A stretch of 64,000 bases of DNA from Camelus dromedarius. Lineage: Eukaryota. The notes under the pieces are model-generated. The model was given only the letters and a program-made list of their open reading frames with translations. It had not been told where the DNA came from and made no database searches. The position numbers were made by a program, and so were the translations under genes. Positions within the stretch are counted from its first letter, which is position 1. Each line of letters begins with the position of its first letter. Below, one piece after another: positions 39,426 to 53,616 of this stretch. The DNA lies in contig NC_087437.1 in NCBI RefSeq assembly GCF_036321535.1, positions 85,810,001 to 85,874,000 on the forward strand, read 5' to 3'.

Positions 39426-39929
39426 TGCTATGGAAAAATCGGCCTCTGCACCCAGAAAAGTGAATTCAAACTGAGACAGAGTTTTGGGAGCAAAGAGAAG
39501 AGCAGCTTTATTGCTTCTCCAGGCAAAGGGAGTCACAGTGGCTAATGCCTTAAAGGCTGCGAGCCCATCTTGGGGTTGGGGGTCTTCAGGTTTTATAGAA
39601 AAACTGGATGGAGCAGAAAAGGTGGTAACAGTCAGGGTGTTTTACAGGGTGCTACATCTCTCATAACCTCAAGGGATCTTCAGGAGGAACTCCAGAGGGT
39701 CTGTCCATTCTTCTGAGATTATCAGCCTGTTATCTCTTTCCTGGAGCACAGCCTCTGGGTTAGTTACTGTCAGTAAAGAATGAATCAGCAAGCAGTTCTG
39801 CATCAGGGAAGTCAGTTTGCTAGTCTGCTTTATGCTCCTTCGGGATTAAGTAAACCATTTGTTTGTAAGTATGTTGAGGCCTTAGGCTATTTGGGCAACA
39901 GAATTTAACTACAAATCCATCCTATATCA
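39426..39929 (-). mobile_element. Second ERV LTR in the opposite orientation
   Basis: TG...CA ends, minus-strand AATAAA (gctttattgc near 39506) and TATA-like ttttatag near 39591. R/U5 is related to the neighbouring LTR. Confidence 0.75.
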
Positions 39930-40889
39930 CTAAAAGTTCTGCATTTGAATTTAGGAACAGCACAGTATAGTAATAAACAGGATTATTTTCACCTGATTCT
40001 ATCAGTCTATCAGGTGCTAAGGGACAGTAGGCGCCTATTAGAGAACAAGGCCAGGTGGTCCTGTATCTCAGTTCTCTCCAGAATCCGCTCTCTCTCGTAT
40101 CTTTCTACTTCCCAAATAACTGCCTTCACTCAAGCAATGAACTTATCTTCTACTCCACAATTTATGAGCTTTCAAAAGTGCCACTTCCTATTTCTCACCA
40201 CCATATCTATGAATTTCCGACGTTGGCACCCACTGTGGCTCTGTGCCTTTCTGTTAAGGAAGGCCTCTTCCAACATCTACCACCCCCACCCCCACCCCCA
40301 CCCCCATAAGCAAACCCTTTAAGCCTGTTCCCTTCACATGGTTTCTTTCTACAGGGCCTAATCATGAGTGACTTTTTTCATACAAACAATACCAACCACA
40401 TAAACACTTTCTAAATTCCATTTTATGCTCAACTTCTCTCTTTTCTCTTTCCTTTACTTAAAACTTAAAATATATTTTTCTACACTGGTGTTTCTATTTC
40501 ATCTCCTACCACACAGTTCTAAAGAAGCACTTCCTTTCCTACCACTCTGCCAAAGCTACTTCTTCCACGATTACCAGCGATTTCTTTTTTGCTAAGAGAA
40601 CTTTGTAATGCTTATCTCCATGAATTCCCCATAGCTTTTGACATGGTCAGTAGCCTTCATTCTTGAAACCTTGCTTTCCTTTGTCTTTTGTAACACTGTG
40701 TGTTTCTGGTTCCTTCATGCCCAATTCTCTCTCTGATCATACTACAGCCACATTTCTTTGCAACATTTCTTCCATTCACAACCCTAAGTTTGTGTTTCTT
40801 ATCATCGTCTCATGTCTAACAGTAGCAATTCCCTGAGTTATTGTGGTAAGTTCCTAAGCTTTAGTTACTATCTATATAAACAAGGTATT

Positions 40890-41090
40890 AGAGGAGAGGC
40901 AGTGCATCATTGTGGTTACAACTACTGATGCTGGAGCCAGAATGTTTGGTCTCAAATCACAGCTCCACCACTTGTGAACCAGGTAAACTTGGGAAAAACA
41001 CTTAATTTCATTAATCCTGAAGTTTATCATTTGTGAAATGGGGCTAATAACATCATACTCACATTTCATAACATTATTGAATTTAATTTA
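40890..41090 (+). mobile_element. MIR SINE relic
   Basis: gagaggcagtgcatcattgtggtta...ctggagccaga...cagctccaccactt...catttgtgaaatggggctaataa. Confidence 0.85.
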
Positions 41091-41108
41091 TTAGTATATT
41101 TATAAATC

Positions 41109-41959
41109 CTCCAAAGGAAGCATACAGATGGTCAACAGGCATGAAAAGATGCTCAACATCTCTAATTATTAGAGAAATGCAAATCAAAACTACAATGAGG
41201 TTTTACCTCATTTTGGTCAGAATGGCCACCATCAAAAAGTCTACAAATAATAAATGCTTAATAAATGCTGGAGAGGGCATGAAGAAAAAGGAACCCTTCT
41301 ACACTGTTGGTGGAAATGTAAACTGGTGCAGACACTATGGAAAACAGTATGGACATTTTAAAAAACTAAAAATAGAGTTACCATACAATCCAGCAATTCC
41401 ACTCTTGGGCATGTATCTGGGAAAGACAAACAGTCTAATTTGAAAAGATACATGCACCCAAATGTTCACAGTAGCCCTGTTTACAATAGTCAAGACATAG
41501 AAACAATTTAAGTGTCCATCAATAGATGAATAGATAAAGAAGTGTAGATATATATAATGGACTATTACTCAGTCATAAAAAAGAATGAAATATTGCCATT
41601 TGCAGCAACATGGATGGACCTAGAGATTTTCATACTAAGTGAAGAAAGTCAGATGGAGAAAGGTGAACATTATATGAAATCACTTATATGTGGAATCTAA
41701 AAAATAATACAAATAAACTTTTTTATAAAACAGAAAGACTCAAATAGACACGGAAAACAAACTTATGATCACCAAAGGGGAAAGAGGAGGGGTGGAAATA
41801 AGGAGTATGGGATTAACATATACATACCACTATATATAAAATAAACAACAAGGATTTACTGTATAGCACAGGGAACTATATTCAATATCTTGTAATAACC
41901 TATAATGGAAAAGAATATGTAAATATGTATGTGTATATATATGTGTGTGTATGTATGTA

Positions 41960-41992
<33 letters not shown>

Positions 41993-42088
41993 TTGTTTAT
42001 TTATTTATATACGTAAAACTGAATCACTTTGCCGTATACCTGAAACTAACACAATATTGTAAATCAGCTATACTTTCAATTTTTAAAC
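41109..42088 (+). mobile_element. Older L1 3' end (ORF2 C-terminus and 3' UTR with TA/TG microsatellite)
   Basis: ORF 41141-41443 ([20 protein letters not shown]...ELPYNPAIPLLG); 3' UTR to about 42088. Confidence 0.93.
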
Positions 42089-42110
42089 AAGAGGATCTTG
42101 ACACTCTTGA

Positions 42111-42160
42111 TATATATGTGTGTGTGTGTGTGTCTGTGTGTGTGTGTGTGTGTGTGTGTA
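42111..42160. repeat. (TA)n(TG)n microsatellite
   Basis: Read directly from the sequence. Confidence 0.9.
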
Positions 42161-42299
42161 TCTCCCTTGGAATTAGCCCCGAAACATTTAATTACTGTGT
42201 GAGTGACATATTGACATGCATTGTTATCAACTATTATAGCTCTGTCTCCAGATAAGATGTAGCTTTTTAGGTCAAAATCTCAGTATACAAATGATGTTT

Positions 42300-43425
42300 A
42301 TTAGAAATCTCCAAACATAATTCCCCAATCATTTCAAACTCAGTGTATCCAAAACTGCACTTATTATCTTCTTCAGTAAACCTGTTTCATGTCCTATATT
42401 GTCTTTCTTCGTTACTGGTGCCATCATCTACCTATCTGATCTACCAAGTCAGACCAAGACATTTTACTAGACTGGTTGTCCTACAACCAATCAGTCACAT
42501 TTCTTGTCAATTTTCCAATATAATTTTTTTCTAATCAATCTTTCAATATCTCATTTCAAAAATATATTTTGAACTATTATATATTCCATGCACTTTGCTA
42601 TGCATAGAAAATACATGACAAGCCAAAACAGCACTCTATGGAGCTTAGAGTCAAGTGAAAAATAAAATTCAAATGATACCATGAATAAATGTAAAATTAT
42701 ATCCATATCTCTCTAGTCCTTTAGTCCTACTGAACTACCTAATTCAGACCATCACTATCTTTTACTTTAACTATTTCTATGGGTCAGTTTTTCATTCCCC
42801 ATTCAATCAGTTCTTATCAGATGATCTTTCTAAACCTTAAGTCTAATTATGTTATTCCCCTCCTTAAACCCCTTCCCACTGACATCAGGAAAATACTAAA
42901 TTTTTTAACAAGTTTCTGCATGGTTCTATATGATCTTGTTTCTAATTGCCTCCTTGGCCTCATTTTTTTAAGCATTCTCACTCACAATGCAATCTAGTTA
43001 TAACAAAGTTACTTTAGTTCTTGGAAAACACATCCTCTCTTTGCTAATGGGCATCTCATAAGCTATACCCTCGCCCTCCAAGTTCTTGCTCATATTCCTC
43101 CATCACTGGCCACATCCCTTACATGCCACATCCCTTACATGCCCCGTCCGAAAATCTCTCCCACAGCCATGTCTGATTCATTTTCACTCTTCACATTTCA
43201 GATTTAGGCTAATAGTAGGTTATTTCTTTCTTTATTGCTATCCAAAAGCACATGGTACCTTCTATTATAATAAAATTTGACACAGGGACTCTTAACTTCC
43301 TATTTGGTTGAATGTTTTTCTCACTAAACTGTAAGCAACTTGAGGGCAAAATGGTCTTTGCTGTGTACTGTCATTCTTTTGCAAAGTGTAGGACACATAT
43401 TATGCATTCAGTAAATACTTTTGGT
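42300..43425 (+). mobile_element. Degenerate L2 relic
   Basis: catttcaaactcagtgtatccaaaactg...ctaaactgtaagcaacttgagggca...cattcagtaaatact. Confidence 0.6.
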
Positions 43426-44654
43426 GGGATAAAATTAAAGTAAAGAGTGTAATAGAGAAAGGAAGACTTTGAAGCAGACACAAACTAAAATTTTTGATGG
43501 CACAACGAGAAGCCAGGCCTCTTCAGATTTTGGACCTGGTTGTATATGTTGGGAACAGAAAAAAATTGGCATTCCTTGCACATAGTAGGTGCTCAATGAA
43601 TACTTGTCAGGTGGAAAACTAGGAAAGAGCAATTATAAGTGGTTAAAATCAAAAGAAAAAAATAAGGCTGATGACAAAGCAAACGAAGAAAAAAATTGAA
43701 GGATTTTTAAGTAATGCAATGTTAGAAATATGTACTTTACCACAATATTCATCATTTACTTGGTGTAGACATGTTCAGAACCTGTCCTTTATGGTTATAT
43801 AGATATATCTCCATTTAATCTTTTGAACAGATGTGAAATGGAGATGAATAAGCTTTTAAATAACTTGTCCACAACCACAAGATTAGCATGATACCACAAA
43901 GGAATTCAAACTCAGATTTCTGACTCTGAAGACTGTTACTTACCACAGCTGGGTCAGAGAAAGCAGCTCAAAGGCTATTTCAGCAATCTAGATATAAGAT
44001 GCTGAAGATCTATATTAGAGTGATGACAGTGAAAATGGAGAACTGTAACAGGATAAAGTTAAAAGTTTTAGGTGATGAGTTACAAGCAATGAAGGTGGAG
44101 AATGAGTTTTAAAATAGCATGAATCTATTTTTTCAGAAAATAAAATTATTCTTAATAAGTTTAAAATTGATCAGTTAATTTAAAATTTTTGAAAGCTCAA
44201 TACTTAATTCTATTTTCAAAATATTAATACATAGTAACACTAAAATTCTTAATGAGGGTTTTATATAAAATCTATCTAATTTTAACACAATACCTATATT
44301 TTCTCATAAAATAATACAGAAGAATTTTACCTACCAGCAACTCAATATTTTTCTCATGTTATTGACCTAATTCAACTCTCTCATTCAGTCTTTTTCAATA
44401 ACACTGGCTGCATTTCTAGGATAGAGGCTTCAGAGCAGAAGCTCCAGGAGCATAAAATATATCTTTATCATTTAGAAACAGAATAAGAGAGGGGCAGTAT
44501 ATTTAAAGGGCTTTTAACCTTCTTAACATACAGAGTGATAAAAACCAAAGTAAGAAGTTTTCCAATATTTTTCTCTCCTTTAATATTTTCCTAAAGGTAT
44601 CTTCCATAAAAGACTCCACTATCATCAGCCCTAGAAATAAAAAGAATGTTGCCT

Positions 44655-45005
44655 ATTGCATTAGTTGATTCTCCAAGAAGTTAATGTAGAAATGGAATCA
44701 GATGTGCAAAAGATTTTGAGTGTAAATGCCCCTAAAAAGAGAATCAGAGAAAGTAAGGAGAACTATCAGGTCACGATGCAGGTCTGACCTTTGTGAAGGA
44801 GAGAAGAAGAGGGACTGCATAGAAACAGTCTAAGAATATAGCATAGTTCTAACAAAATTTTGTCCAGGCTGATGAGGAGTTCTGGATCCAAAGTCATGAC
44901 TCAGAAAAATCCCATATTTCATAGAATTGGGCCTGCCTTAGCATCCATCTTGTACTAAGTCATCAGCTGCAAGCACCCCACAGGAAGTATGCCCTCAGAG
45001 CAAAC
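44655..45005 (-). mobile_element. Old ERVL LTR relic (LTR16-like)
   Basis: gatgtgcaaaagatttt...gatgcaggtctgacctttgtgaaggagag...gggcctgccttagcatcc. Confidence 0.55.
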
Positions 45006-45158
45006 AGCACAACACAATTTCTGTTTCTGTCACTACATTAATCTTGTTTCACTGTCTTCTGGTTATCATAGTCTCTGATGAAAAGCCTACAGTATTTTAA
45101 ATTTTATTTCCCTCTATGCAGTGTTTTACTTTCTGATGCTTTCAAAATTTGTTTTTTA

Positions 45159-48100
45159 GGAGGCAGGATCGAAATGATGGAGTAGGAAAATCCTGAGCTC
45201 CCTCCTCCCACAGACACACTAAATGACAGTTACTACACAATTCTAAGAACAACCTAAAGACTAGCAAAACAGCTCTTCTACAACTAATATAAAGAAAACA
45301 CACAGTGAGACTGGTAGGTACACAGAGATGCAGTATAGTCAGTACTCAAACCCTCAGCACAGTGACCCACAAGCAGGAGGAGATATCATGAACACAGAGG
45401 TCCTCCTTATAGAGAGAGGGGCTCGAGCCTCACATGAGGATCCCCAGACCTGTGGACCTACACTGGAAAGATAAGACACCATAATGTTTGGCTGCGAAAA
45501 TCATCAGGGCTTATATCCAGGGGAGCCTGAGGGCTGCAGGAAATCAAGTTTTCAATCTTGAAGGGCTTATATGTAGACTCATTCACTCTGATTTCCAGCG
45601 CAGAGGCAGCAGCTTGAAAAGCATCTGGGTCATACAAGAAGACTGACTAATTTCAAGGTATGTATTAAGGGGAGGGGATCTGATGGAACATTCTCCAGGG
45701 ACAGAAGCACTGGCAGGCGATATATAGATACAGATACAGATATAGATAGATAGACAGATAGATAGATAGATAGATATTTTTTTTTACTCTCTTTCCACAT
45801 AGTTGGCACAGGGCTGATGGGTTCCATTTCTGTCACTCTACATCAGCTTAGCTAACATCATGTGTCCCACAGTAGTATTCCCGAGGACCAACCCTGCCAA
45901 ATCCATCTGCCCTGGCAAGCCCCTCCAAAGCAGTTCCCCCACCACCACATCTGGCAGGCAGCCTTAGCTAAGACAAGCACACACCCAAAGCAGCTCCCAC
46001 TTCAGAGGGCCAGCCTTGCTACCAGTGCACTCAAAAATACTGCCGCTGACCCCAAACCATCCACATCAGAGCCAACCCTGCCCATGAGGGCAACAGCCGT
46101 GGCCTGTGGCCAAGCCTCATAGCCAGGTCCACTGAGGGCCAGAAGTACCCACTAAAGTATCCACAGCAGTCCTGGCCAGTCCTCACAGCCAGCGGTCCCT
46201 GGGGCCAGACCCACTCACCAGAGCACTGCCAGGTACATTCAGCCTACACAGAGGACACCCCTGAAGCAACTGGCTCTGAAGAACAGAGGGGATTTCTTTT
46301 CTGAGCAGGAAATTTTCAACATAAGGCCACTCCTGTAAGCCTGGGAGATGTAGCTGATGTGCCTTAAATACATAGAAACAAACACAAAGAGTTAGGCAAA
46401 GTGAAGAGATAAAGAAATGTGTTCCAAATGAGAGATTAAGACAAAACTGCGCGCGCACACACACACACACACACATACACACAAACTAAACAAAACAGAG
46501 ATAAGTACTCTACCTGATAAAAATTTCCAAATAATGATTATAAAGATGCTCACTAAACTTTGCAGAAGAATAGATGAACAAAATGAGAATTTCATCAAGG
46601 AGAGAGGAAATATAAAAAGAACCAATCATGGCTGAAGAATACAATATTTAAAATGAAAAATAAATGGAATCAACAGCAGATGCAGAAAAGATTAGTGATC
46701 TGGAAGACATGGTAGTGGAAATCACCCAATTGGAACAGGAAAAAAAAAATTAAATAAGGATTATTTAAGGACTCATCGGAACAACATCAATTGTACTAAC
46801 ATTTGCTTTCTAAGTTTCCCAGAAGGAGAAGAGAGGGAGATAAAGACAGAAAACTTATTTGAAGAACTAATGGCTAAAATCTTCCATTATCTGATGAAGA
46901 AAACAGATGTCCAAGTCCAGGAAGTACAAAGAGTCTCAAATAAGATGAACCCAAAGATACCCACACCAAGACACATTATAATTAAAATGTCAAAATGTAA
47001 ACATAAATAGAGGATCTTAAAGGCAGCAAAAGAAAAACAACTTGCTACATACAAGGGAACCCCCATAAAAGTATAAGCTAATTTCCCAGCAGAAATTTTA
47101 AAGACCAGAAGGAAGTGGAACAACATATTCAAAGTGCTGAAAGAAATAAAACTCACAACCAAGAATACACCACCTGGTCTAAGGTTATTATTCAGAGCTG
47201 AAGGAGAGATAAAATGTTTCCCAGATAAGCAAAATTAAAAGAGTTTATCATTACTAAACCAGCCTTACAAAAAATGTAAGGGAATTCTTTAAGTGGAAAA
47301 GAAAAGGCCATAACTAGAAATACTTGAAATAAAAAACTCACTAGCAAAAGCAAACATACAGTAAAGGTAGTGAATCAATCACTTACAAAGATAGTAGTAA
47401 AATCAACTAAACTATAATAATTAGTTAAGGGATACACACACAAAAAAGTGTAAAATATGACATCAAAAATGTAAAAGGTAGGGAGGAGTAAAAGTTTGTT
47501 TTTAGAATGTATTCAAACTTATGTGACCATTAACTTAAAATGGACTGCTATATACATAGCTTTTTATAAATGACCTCATGGTAACTACACACCAAAAATT
47601 TATAGTAGATACACAAAAAATAAAGAGAAAGGAGTCCATATATAAAACTAAAGAAAGTTATCAAACTGCAAAAAAGAGAGCAAGACTTCTCTTGAAAGGA
47701 ATAGAGAAAAAAATACAAAAACAACCAGAAAACAATAAACAAAACTGCCATAAGTACACATTAATCAATAATTACATGAAATGAACTGAATATTCCAACC
47801 AAAAGACAGAGTGGCTGAATGAACAAAAAAAATAAGAACCATCTATGCTGTCTACAAGAGATTCACTTCAGATCTAAAGATGCACACAGACTAAAAGTGA
47901 AAGGATGGAAAAGCATATTCCATGCAATACTACAGAGCTACAATAAACAAAACAGTGTGGTATTGGCACAAAAACAGACATATGGATCAGAAATAAACCC
48001 ACAGACTTAAGTCAGTTAATCTTTGACAAAGGAGGCAAGAATATACAATGGAGAGAAAACAGCCTCTTCAGCAAGTAGTGTTGGGAAAACTGGACAGATG

Positions 48101-48433
48101 CATGTAAACCACTGAAGTTAGAACAATCTCTCACACCATACACAAAAATAAACTCAAGGCTTAAAAACTTAAATATAAGACAAGACACTATAAGCTTTCT
48201 AGAAGAAAATATAGGCGAAACAGTTTCTGACATAAATCATAGCAATGTTCTCCTAGGGTAGCCTACCCAGGCAATAGAAATAAAAGCAAGAATAAACAAA
48301 TGAGAGCTAATTAAGCTTATAAGCTTTTGCATGGCAAATGAAACCGCAAGCAACACAAAACAACAACCTGCAGAATGGGAGAAAATATTGCAAATGATGC
48401 AACTGACAATGGCTTAATTTCCAGAATATATAA
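45159..48433 (+). mobile_element. Old L1 retaining 5' UTR, decayed ORF1, inter-ORF spacer and internally deleted ORF2; no 3' UTR
   Basis: 5' start ggaggcaggatcgaaatgatggagtagg. ORF1-like motifs at 46400-47292 (ccacaccaagacacattataattaaaatg, ttaaaggcagcaaaagaaaaac). ORF2 endonuclease motif CCLQEIHF...RLKVKGWK in ORF 47819-48010, then a jump to post-RT sequence at about 47928. Confidence 0.9.
45720..45776. repeat. (GATA)n-type microsatellite inside the L1 5' UTR
   Basis: Read directly from the sequence. Confidence 0.9.
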
Positions 48434-49641
48434 CTTCCTAATACATGGAGTCCAAAACTGAATATAGTAGTCCAAGGGTGATCATACTGGTAGAAATAAT
48501 GAAGAATTACTGTTTCTCACACTTTAGCTGCTATACATTTCTATCAGAGCTATCCCAAATGAACTACCTTTTTTGATTTCCACATGTGGTCATATTAACA
48601 AATAAATCAAGCTGAGCTTGTCAATTAACTACTTTAAATTGATTTGCAAATCTGTAAATCTATACATTTTCTGCAATAAACCATATTTATTTGTCATATG
48701 AAATAAGTTGTAAAACTGATGGCAAATAAATACTGCCTACAGCATGGTAGTTGTACTCAGAAATAACAGTCAAATTCCCTGGCAAAGAGCGGCTTGAATT
48801 AGTTGAGCATCTCCTATATTCTAGTCTCTGTCCTACATGCCTTCTAGGCATTTTATTTATCCTCACTTCAGAATGCCACAACTAGTGCAATTATTCTCAT
48901 TTTTGAAAACAGATGAAGGTCAAAGAAGTTGAGCTAAATGTGTTCAAAGTAGTAAGCGTTTAGAGAAAAAAAATTTAATTTAGGTATGTGTGATTTTCAA
49001 AATGCATATTCTGCTATTGTTACACTTCTAAATAAAAGGATTTGAAATTAGCACTTAATGAATCTTAATACTATTAAATTTGCTGGATGTTCTATGGCCA
49101 AATATAATCATGCTTTTATCGCAAAGTAGTGAATCTAAATATCTAAACACGTTATACAAACAAAAATAGGTACGTGACCTTAATAACTCACTTTTCTTTT
49201 TAAAGTTTGGTTTTTACAATGTTATATATCCTTATCAAGTGAAATACCACAAGGGAAGACAAACTGGAAGCCACAATGAACTGGTAGCTAGTTTAACGTT
49301 ATATTTTTCCAAGTGCATTTGCAAACCATATGTTAGTTAAGAAAATTTTGCCCCTTAAGACAGATATCATATTGATTAAACCTTATTCCAGGCATTTTGT
49401 TAAGTGTTATGCTTTCCTCAAATTGTCATATTCCCAGGACCCATAAATATGCTTGATACATAGAAAGGGCTCAATACATAATTGTTGAATGAATGAATCA
49501 TTCACCTATGGTTTGAAACCAGAGTAATTTTTTGAAGGATTAATTCAGTGTAACACCCAGCTGTTGTCATTCTCAGAGTGCACTGCTCTTCCCACTTCAT
49601 ACCACTGCAACCTAGATCAACCTCTTTATTTGGACATCCAT

Positions 49642-49692
49642 CACACACACACACACAGACACACAGACACACACACAGACACACATACACAT
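49642..49692. repeat. Interrupted (CA)n microsatellite
   Basis: Read directly from the sequence. Confidence 0.9.
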
Positions 49693-50414
49693 CCAAAGCA
49701 AGCTTTTGTGTGTAACTAGTTTCAATTAAAGCATGAAAGGAAATATGATCTACATATTAACAAGGTAACCAATTTTAAATTGAATATGAAGTAGCCATGT
49801 TCTCTTGAGAAACAGGAAAAAGTGGGACACTGACTATTTGATGATGCCAAGGAATTATCTCTTTTTGCAGTTGTGGTACTAAAATGGTGGTTATTATACA
49901 TCTCAAGAGGGGCATTATCTTTCAGAACTATATGCTGAATTATTTATAGAATAAATGATATGATGCTGAAATTTTGTTTAAAATAGTCCAGCTGTGGGAG
50001 GGAGATGCAGAGATTGTAAGATGAAACATGTTGATAATTGTTGCTGCAGGGAGATGAGTACATGGAGGGGTGTAGTTCATCATATCATTTTTTTGCCTTT
50101 TCTTAAAAGGTTTGTAAATTTCTATACCAAAAAGTTCTTAAATAAATTAAATCACTTTCTTCTTTAAAATACAATCTAGTAAAATAAAAAACATACCTCA
50201 AATATGCTCTCCCTTTCAAGTCTAGTCTCCTCATGTTTCTTGATGCTTATCTTTCTCTCCTTTTCTTTATGCTTTTCCCTCCCTCTCTCTTTCTCTCAGT
50301 AACAACAAAAATGCATAGTGCTTACATTTTATCATGAAGAACTATATACTTCTTCTAGCCATTAACTCACACCTCCATTTAAATACCCAAAGACTGAGGT
50401 CAAGTACTGGAAAT

Positions 50415-50650
50415 AAGAGCTAATATTTAGCACTTACTGTGTGCCAGACTGTTCAAAATACTATACATGCATTACATTGTTCAATCCTCACCACTCACCT
50501 ATAGCAAAGAGACTATTCCTACATGCCCTTTCACTGATGAGGAAACTGTGACACAGAGAGATTAAGGAATTTGCCTGAACCACACACCCAGGAAGCAGTG
50601 GAACTGAGACTTGAACTCAGGCAATATGCTTTCAGCCAACTACCATAGAA
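50415..50650 (-). mobile_element. MIR SINE relic
   Basis: gcacttactgtgtgccagactgt...gatgaggaaactgtgacacagagagattaaggaatttgcc. Confidence 0.85.
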
Positions 50651-52064
50651 CACTACCACTGTGGCTGAAAGACTGCAGGTGGGCAATTAATTACAAGAGA
50701 AGTTCTACCCTCCTCCTGTAGTGCCATGCGGTGAAGAAAGGAAGGGTTTAGTTTTGCTTTTCTAGTTACATATTCACTTTGTTGATAGAAATACTGCCTA
50801 GAAACATCATACAGTGTCACTTGTATCTTAACAGATGACCCAACTTTGTTTCTGAAACCTCCTTTCAACATTTTCATCTTAAATGTTTTGGAGTTCTCAA
50901 GTTTACACTGCATATATTCTTATTTCATATATTATATTAAGATAATTCATGAGTGAGGAGGACTATTTACCAGAATAGACAAGCTTTCAACCTCCATTAC
51001 CTTCAGAACGACTGAAGGCAAGCCAGCCCCTTAGGTTGTACTATTACACTGCAGTGATAATTAGTTTGTAATAAATGTAATAAACTCTCACAAATGTGAA
51101 GTGCATGGAGCCATGTTTCATTGAATCAGTTATGCTGTCTGAGCATAGATAACTCAATTCATAGTTAATTAGATACTTCAGCTTTTATTTTGTCTATTTT
51201 GAAAATGCTTACATATGTTCATAATTTTAATAAGTAATTAAAATCAATTATTGGTACTTTATGTAACATCTGTTTTCTTCAGTCACCATAAGAACGACAT
51301 ACGTGCATACATACAGCTATAATACATAACTTAGAAAACAATTTAATAGATGATCATGTGATTTATGTATGTTCCACTTTCAGAGTTTCTGGTATCAATG
51401 TCCCTCAGAGACATGAAGTGGAAGACAGATGATTAGTTTATATTTTCAGGAGGTGTATTTTTTACTGTAGAAAACTTTGTAAGTGCTCTTTGCAAAGTTA
51501 TCATTTTTCCCTCATATTTACCAGTGGGACTGTTCAAAATGTGTGCAATGATTACCACCTCCGTTCTTCACCACCTATTTTATCACTAATGCCAACTCTG
51601 ATTTAAATTATGGACAAAACATTAACACTTCTCCAAAGCGATCAATGATTCCCTATAAGATTATCCACTATTATTTCATTGATTTTTGCCATTTGTTTTT
51701 CCCCCTGCTATCATTGAAACTGCTGTAGTTTCAAAATAAATTCTTAGCTCTTTCAACTCCCGTTAAAACCTTCTCTAATTTTCTTCTCTATCCTCTTTCT
51801 TTGAGTCTTTTTTGGTTACCATTTTTACCTCCTGACATGCAAATGTGGGGTACCTTAAAGTTGACAATTTGACTTCCATTTTCCAGCTTTCTCCATACTC
51901 ATCCAAAATGACAGTTCCCCCGTATGAATGGCTTTAGTGGTCACCTGTTTCCTTTGACCACTATATCTAAGTTCTCATATTTTGGTCCTTCACTATTACC
52001 TGCCCATAGGAATTCCCTCTTGGATAGCATGTCATTGGCAGAAACTCAGTCTAGAACTAATTAT

Positions 52065-52735
52065 TTTGAAGTAAAATTTTTCCTAAAGTACACTTACATA
52101 CCAAAAAAAAAAAAAAAAAAAAAAAAAAACCCACAACCCACAAATCATAACTGCATAGTTTAATGAATTTTCATAAAGGGAACATGAGAATCTGTGGAGC
52201 ACACACATGTCAAGAAGTAGCATATCAGTAGCATCCAAGAAGCCCCTGTCGTGCTACCAGCTACCACCCCTACCACCCCTTTAAGAGTAACCATTATCTG
52301 GCCATAATGGCCTCTAACATGTAGAACAATTGTGCCTTTATTTGTATTTTATTTAAATGGAATCATAAACCATATACTCTTATGCAACTGGCTCCTTTCA
52401 CTCACATTTGTATTTAAGATATCCATTATGTTGTTAAGTATACTTGTAATTTGTTTATATTCATTGCTAAGTAATATTCCATCGTATATGATTATACCAA
52501 TTTTTAAAGTCCATTTTATGGTGGGTGGATATTTGGACAGTTTCCAGTTTGGGACTACTGTGAATACTTCTGATGTAAATACTGTTATATGTCTGTGGAG
52601 TACACAATGCGCATATCACTACACCTAGTAGCAGAACTGCTGGGTCACTGAGGATATACATGTTCATTTTAACAAATATTACCAAATACCTTTCCAAAAT
52701 GATGAAACTAATTTACAATTTGATCCAGTTGTGTG
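52065..52735 (-). mobile_element. Ancient L1 (L1ME-like) 3' fragment
   Basis: aaatggaatcataaaccatatactc...gtaatattccatcgtatatg...ggatatttggacagtttccagtttggg. Confidence 0.75.
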
Positions 52736-53616
52736 TGTTATACTTACAGAGCTAATTTTTTAAAATATTCACTTTTTTACTCTTCCATTACTATGAACGG
52801 CAACAAAATTCTAAAATTACAAACACAGTTATGTTTAATCCCTTTATGTGTGTGTGGCATCTATGAGTTATTCAGCAAACATTTTTTTAACTTCCATCAG
52901 ACTACTCAAATAGTTGGTGTGATTACTGCAAAAGTTACATAAAACTCTTATGGGGAAAGCAAAGTACTAAACTGGATGAGTGTTACTGGTGCTGGACTGT
53001 ATAAACTATGATGTATCCATGACACTGTAAAAATGTAATTAACTGTTTAAACACTTTTATAGTCATTTGACATTGCTACAGAACCCCAGCAATGATAATT
53101 ATTGAGATAAAGAATTTTTAATGAATTTTATAAAAGTACTGCCCACAATGGATTAAAGGAGGGGAAAAACTGGCAGGCAGTTTAAGAAGCAATGGCCTCG
53201 ATGGTAAAGTTGAAGACATATTGTAAAGGGGGGTGTTCGGCAATGCTAAATTATTAAAATTTTATCCTGTAAGAAGGCCTTTAAATCAGAATAGTCACAT
53301 TGACATGAAAGATATTTTTGGCAGCTATACAATGGTGATATCAAAGGAAACAGTTGTGGCAGAAAAATCTGTTAGAAAGAGATTCAGTGATTTGGGTAAG
53401 TAATAATGAAAACTTGGGGACATGCAGATGGAAAGAAAAGGGTAGATTTGATAATCATTTTAGAGGTAGAATCTACTGAACTTAATAAATTACATGGGAA
53501 AGGAGAGATGATCTGTCAGACAGAAATGTTAAATACAGTGATAAGATTTCCATGTTAGAGGATGGTTAGCAGAAAGTTCACAGGGAAGAAAAATGTTTGG
53601 TTTAAAACATTTCAAG

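Noticed and set aside
43109..43143. 16-bp tandem duplication gccacatcccttacat (similar 10-12 bp cases near 18082 and 39108)
   Set aside because: Ordinary replication-slippage duplications.
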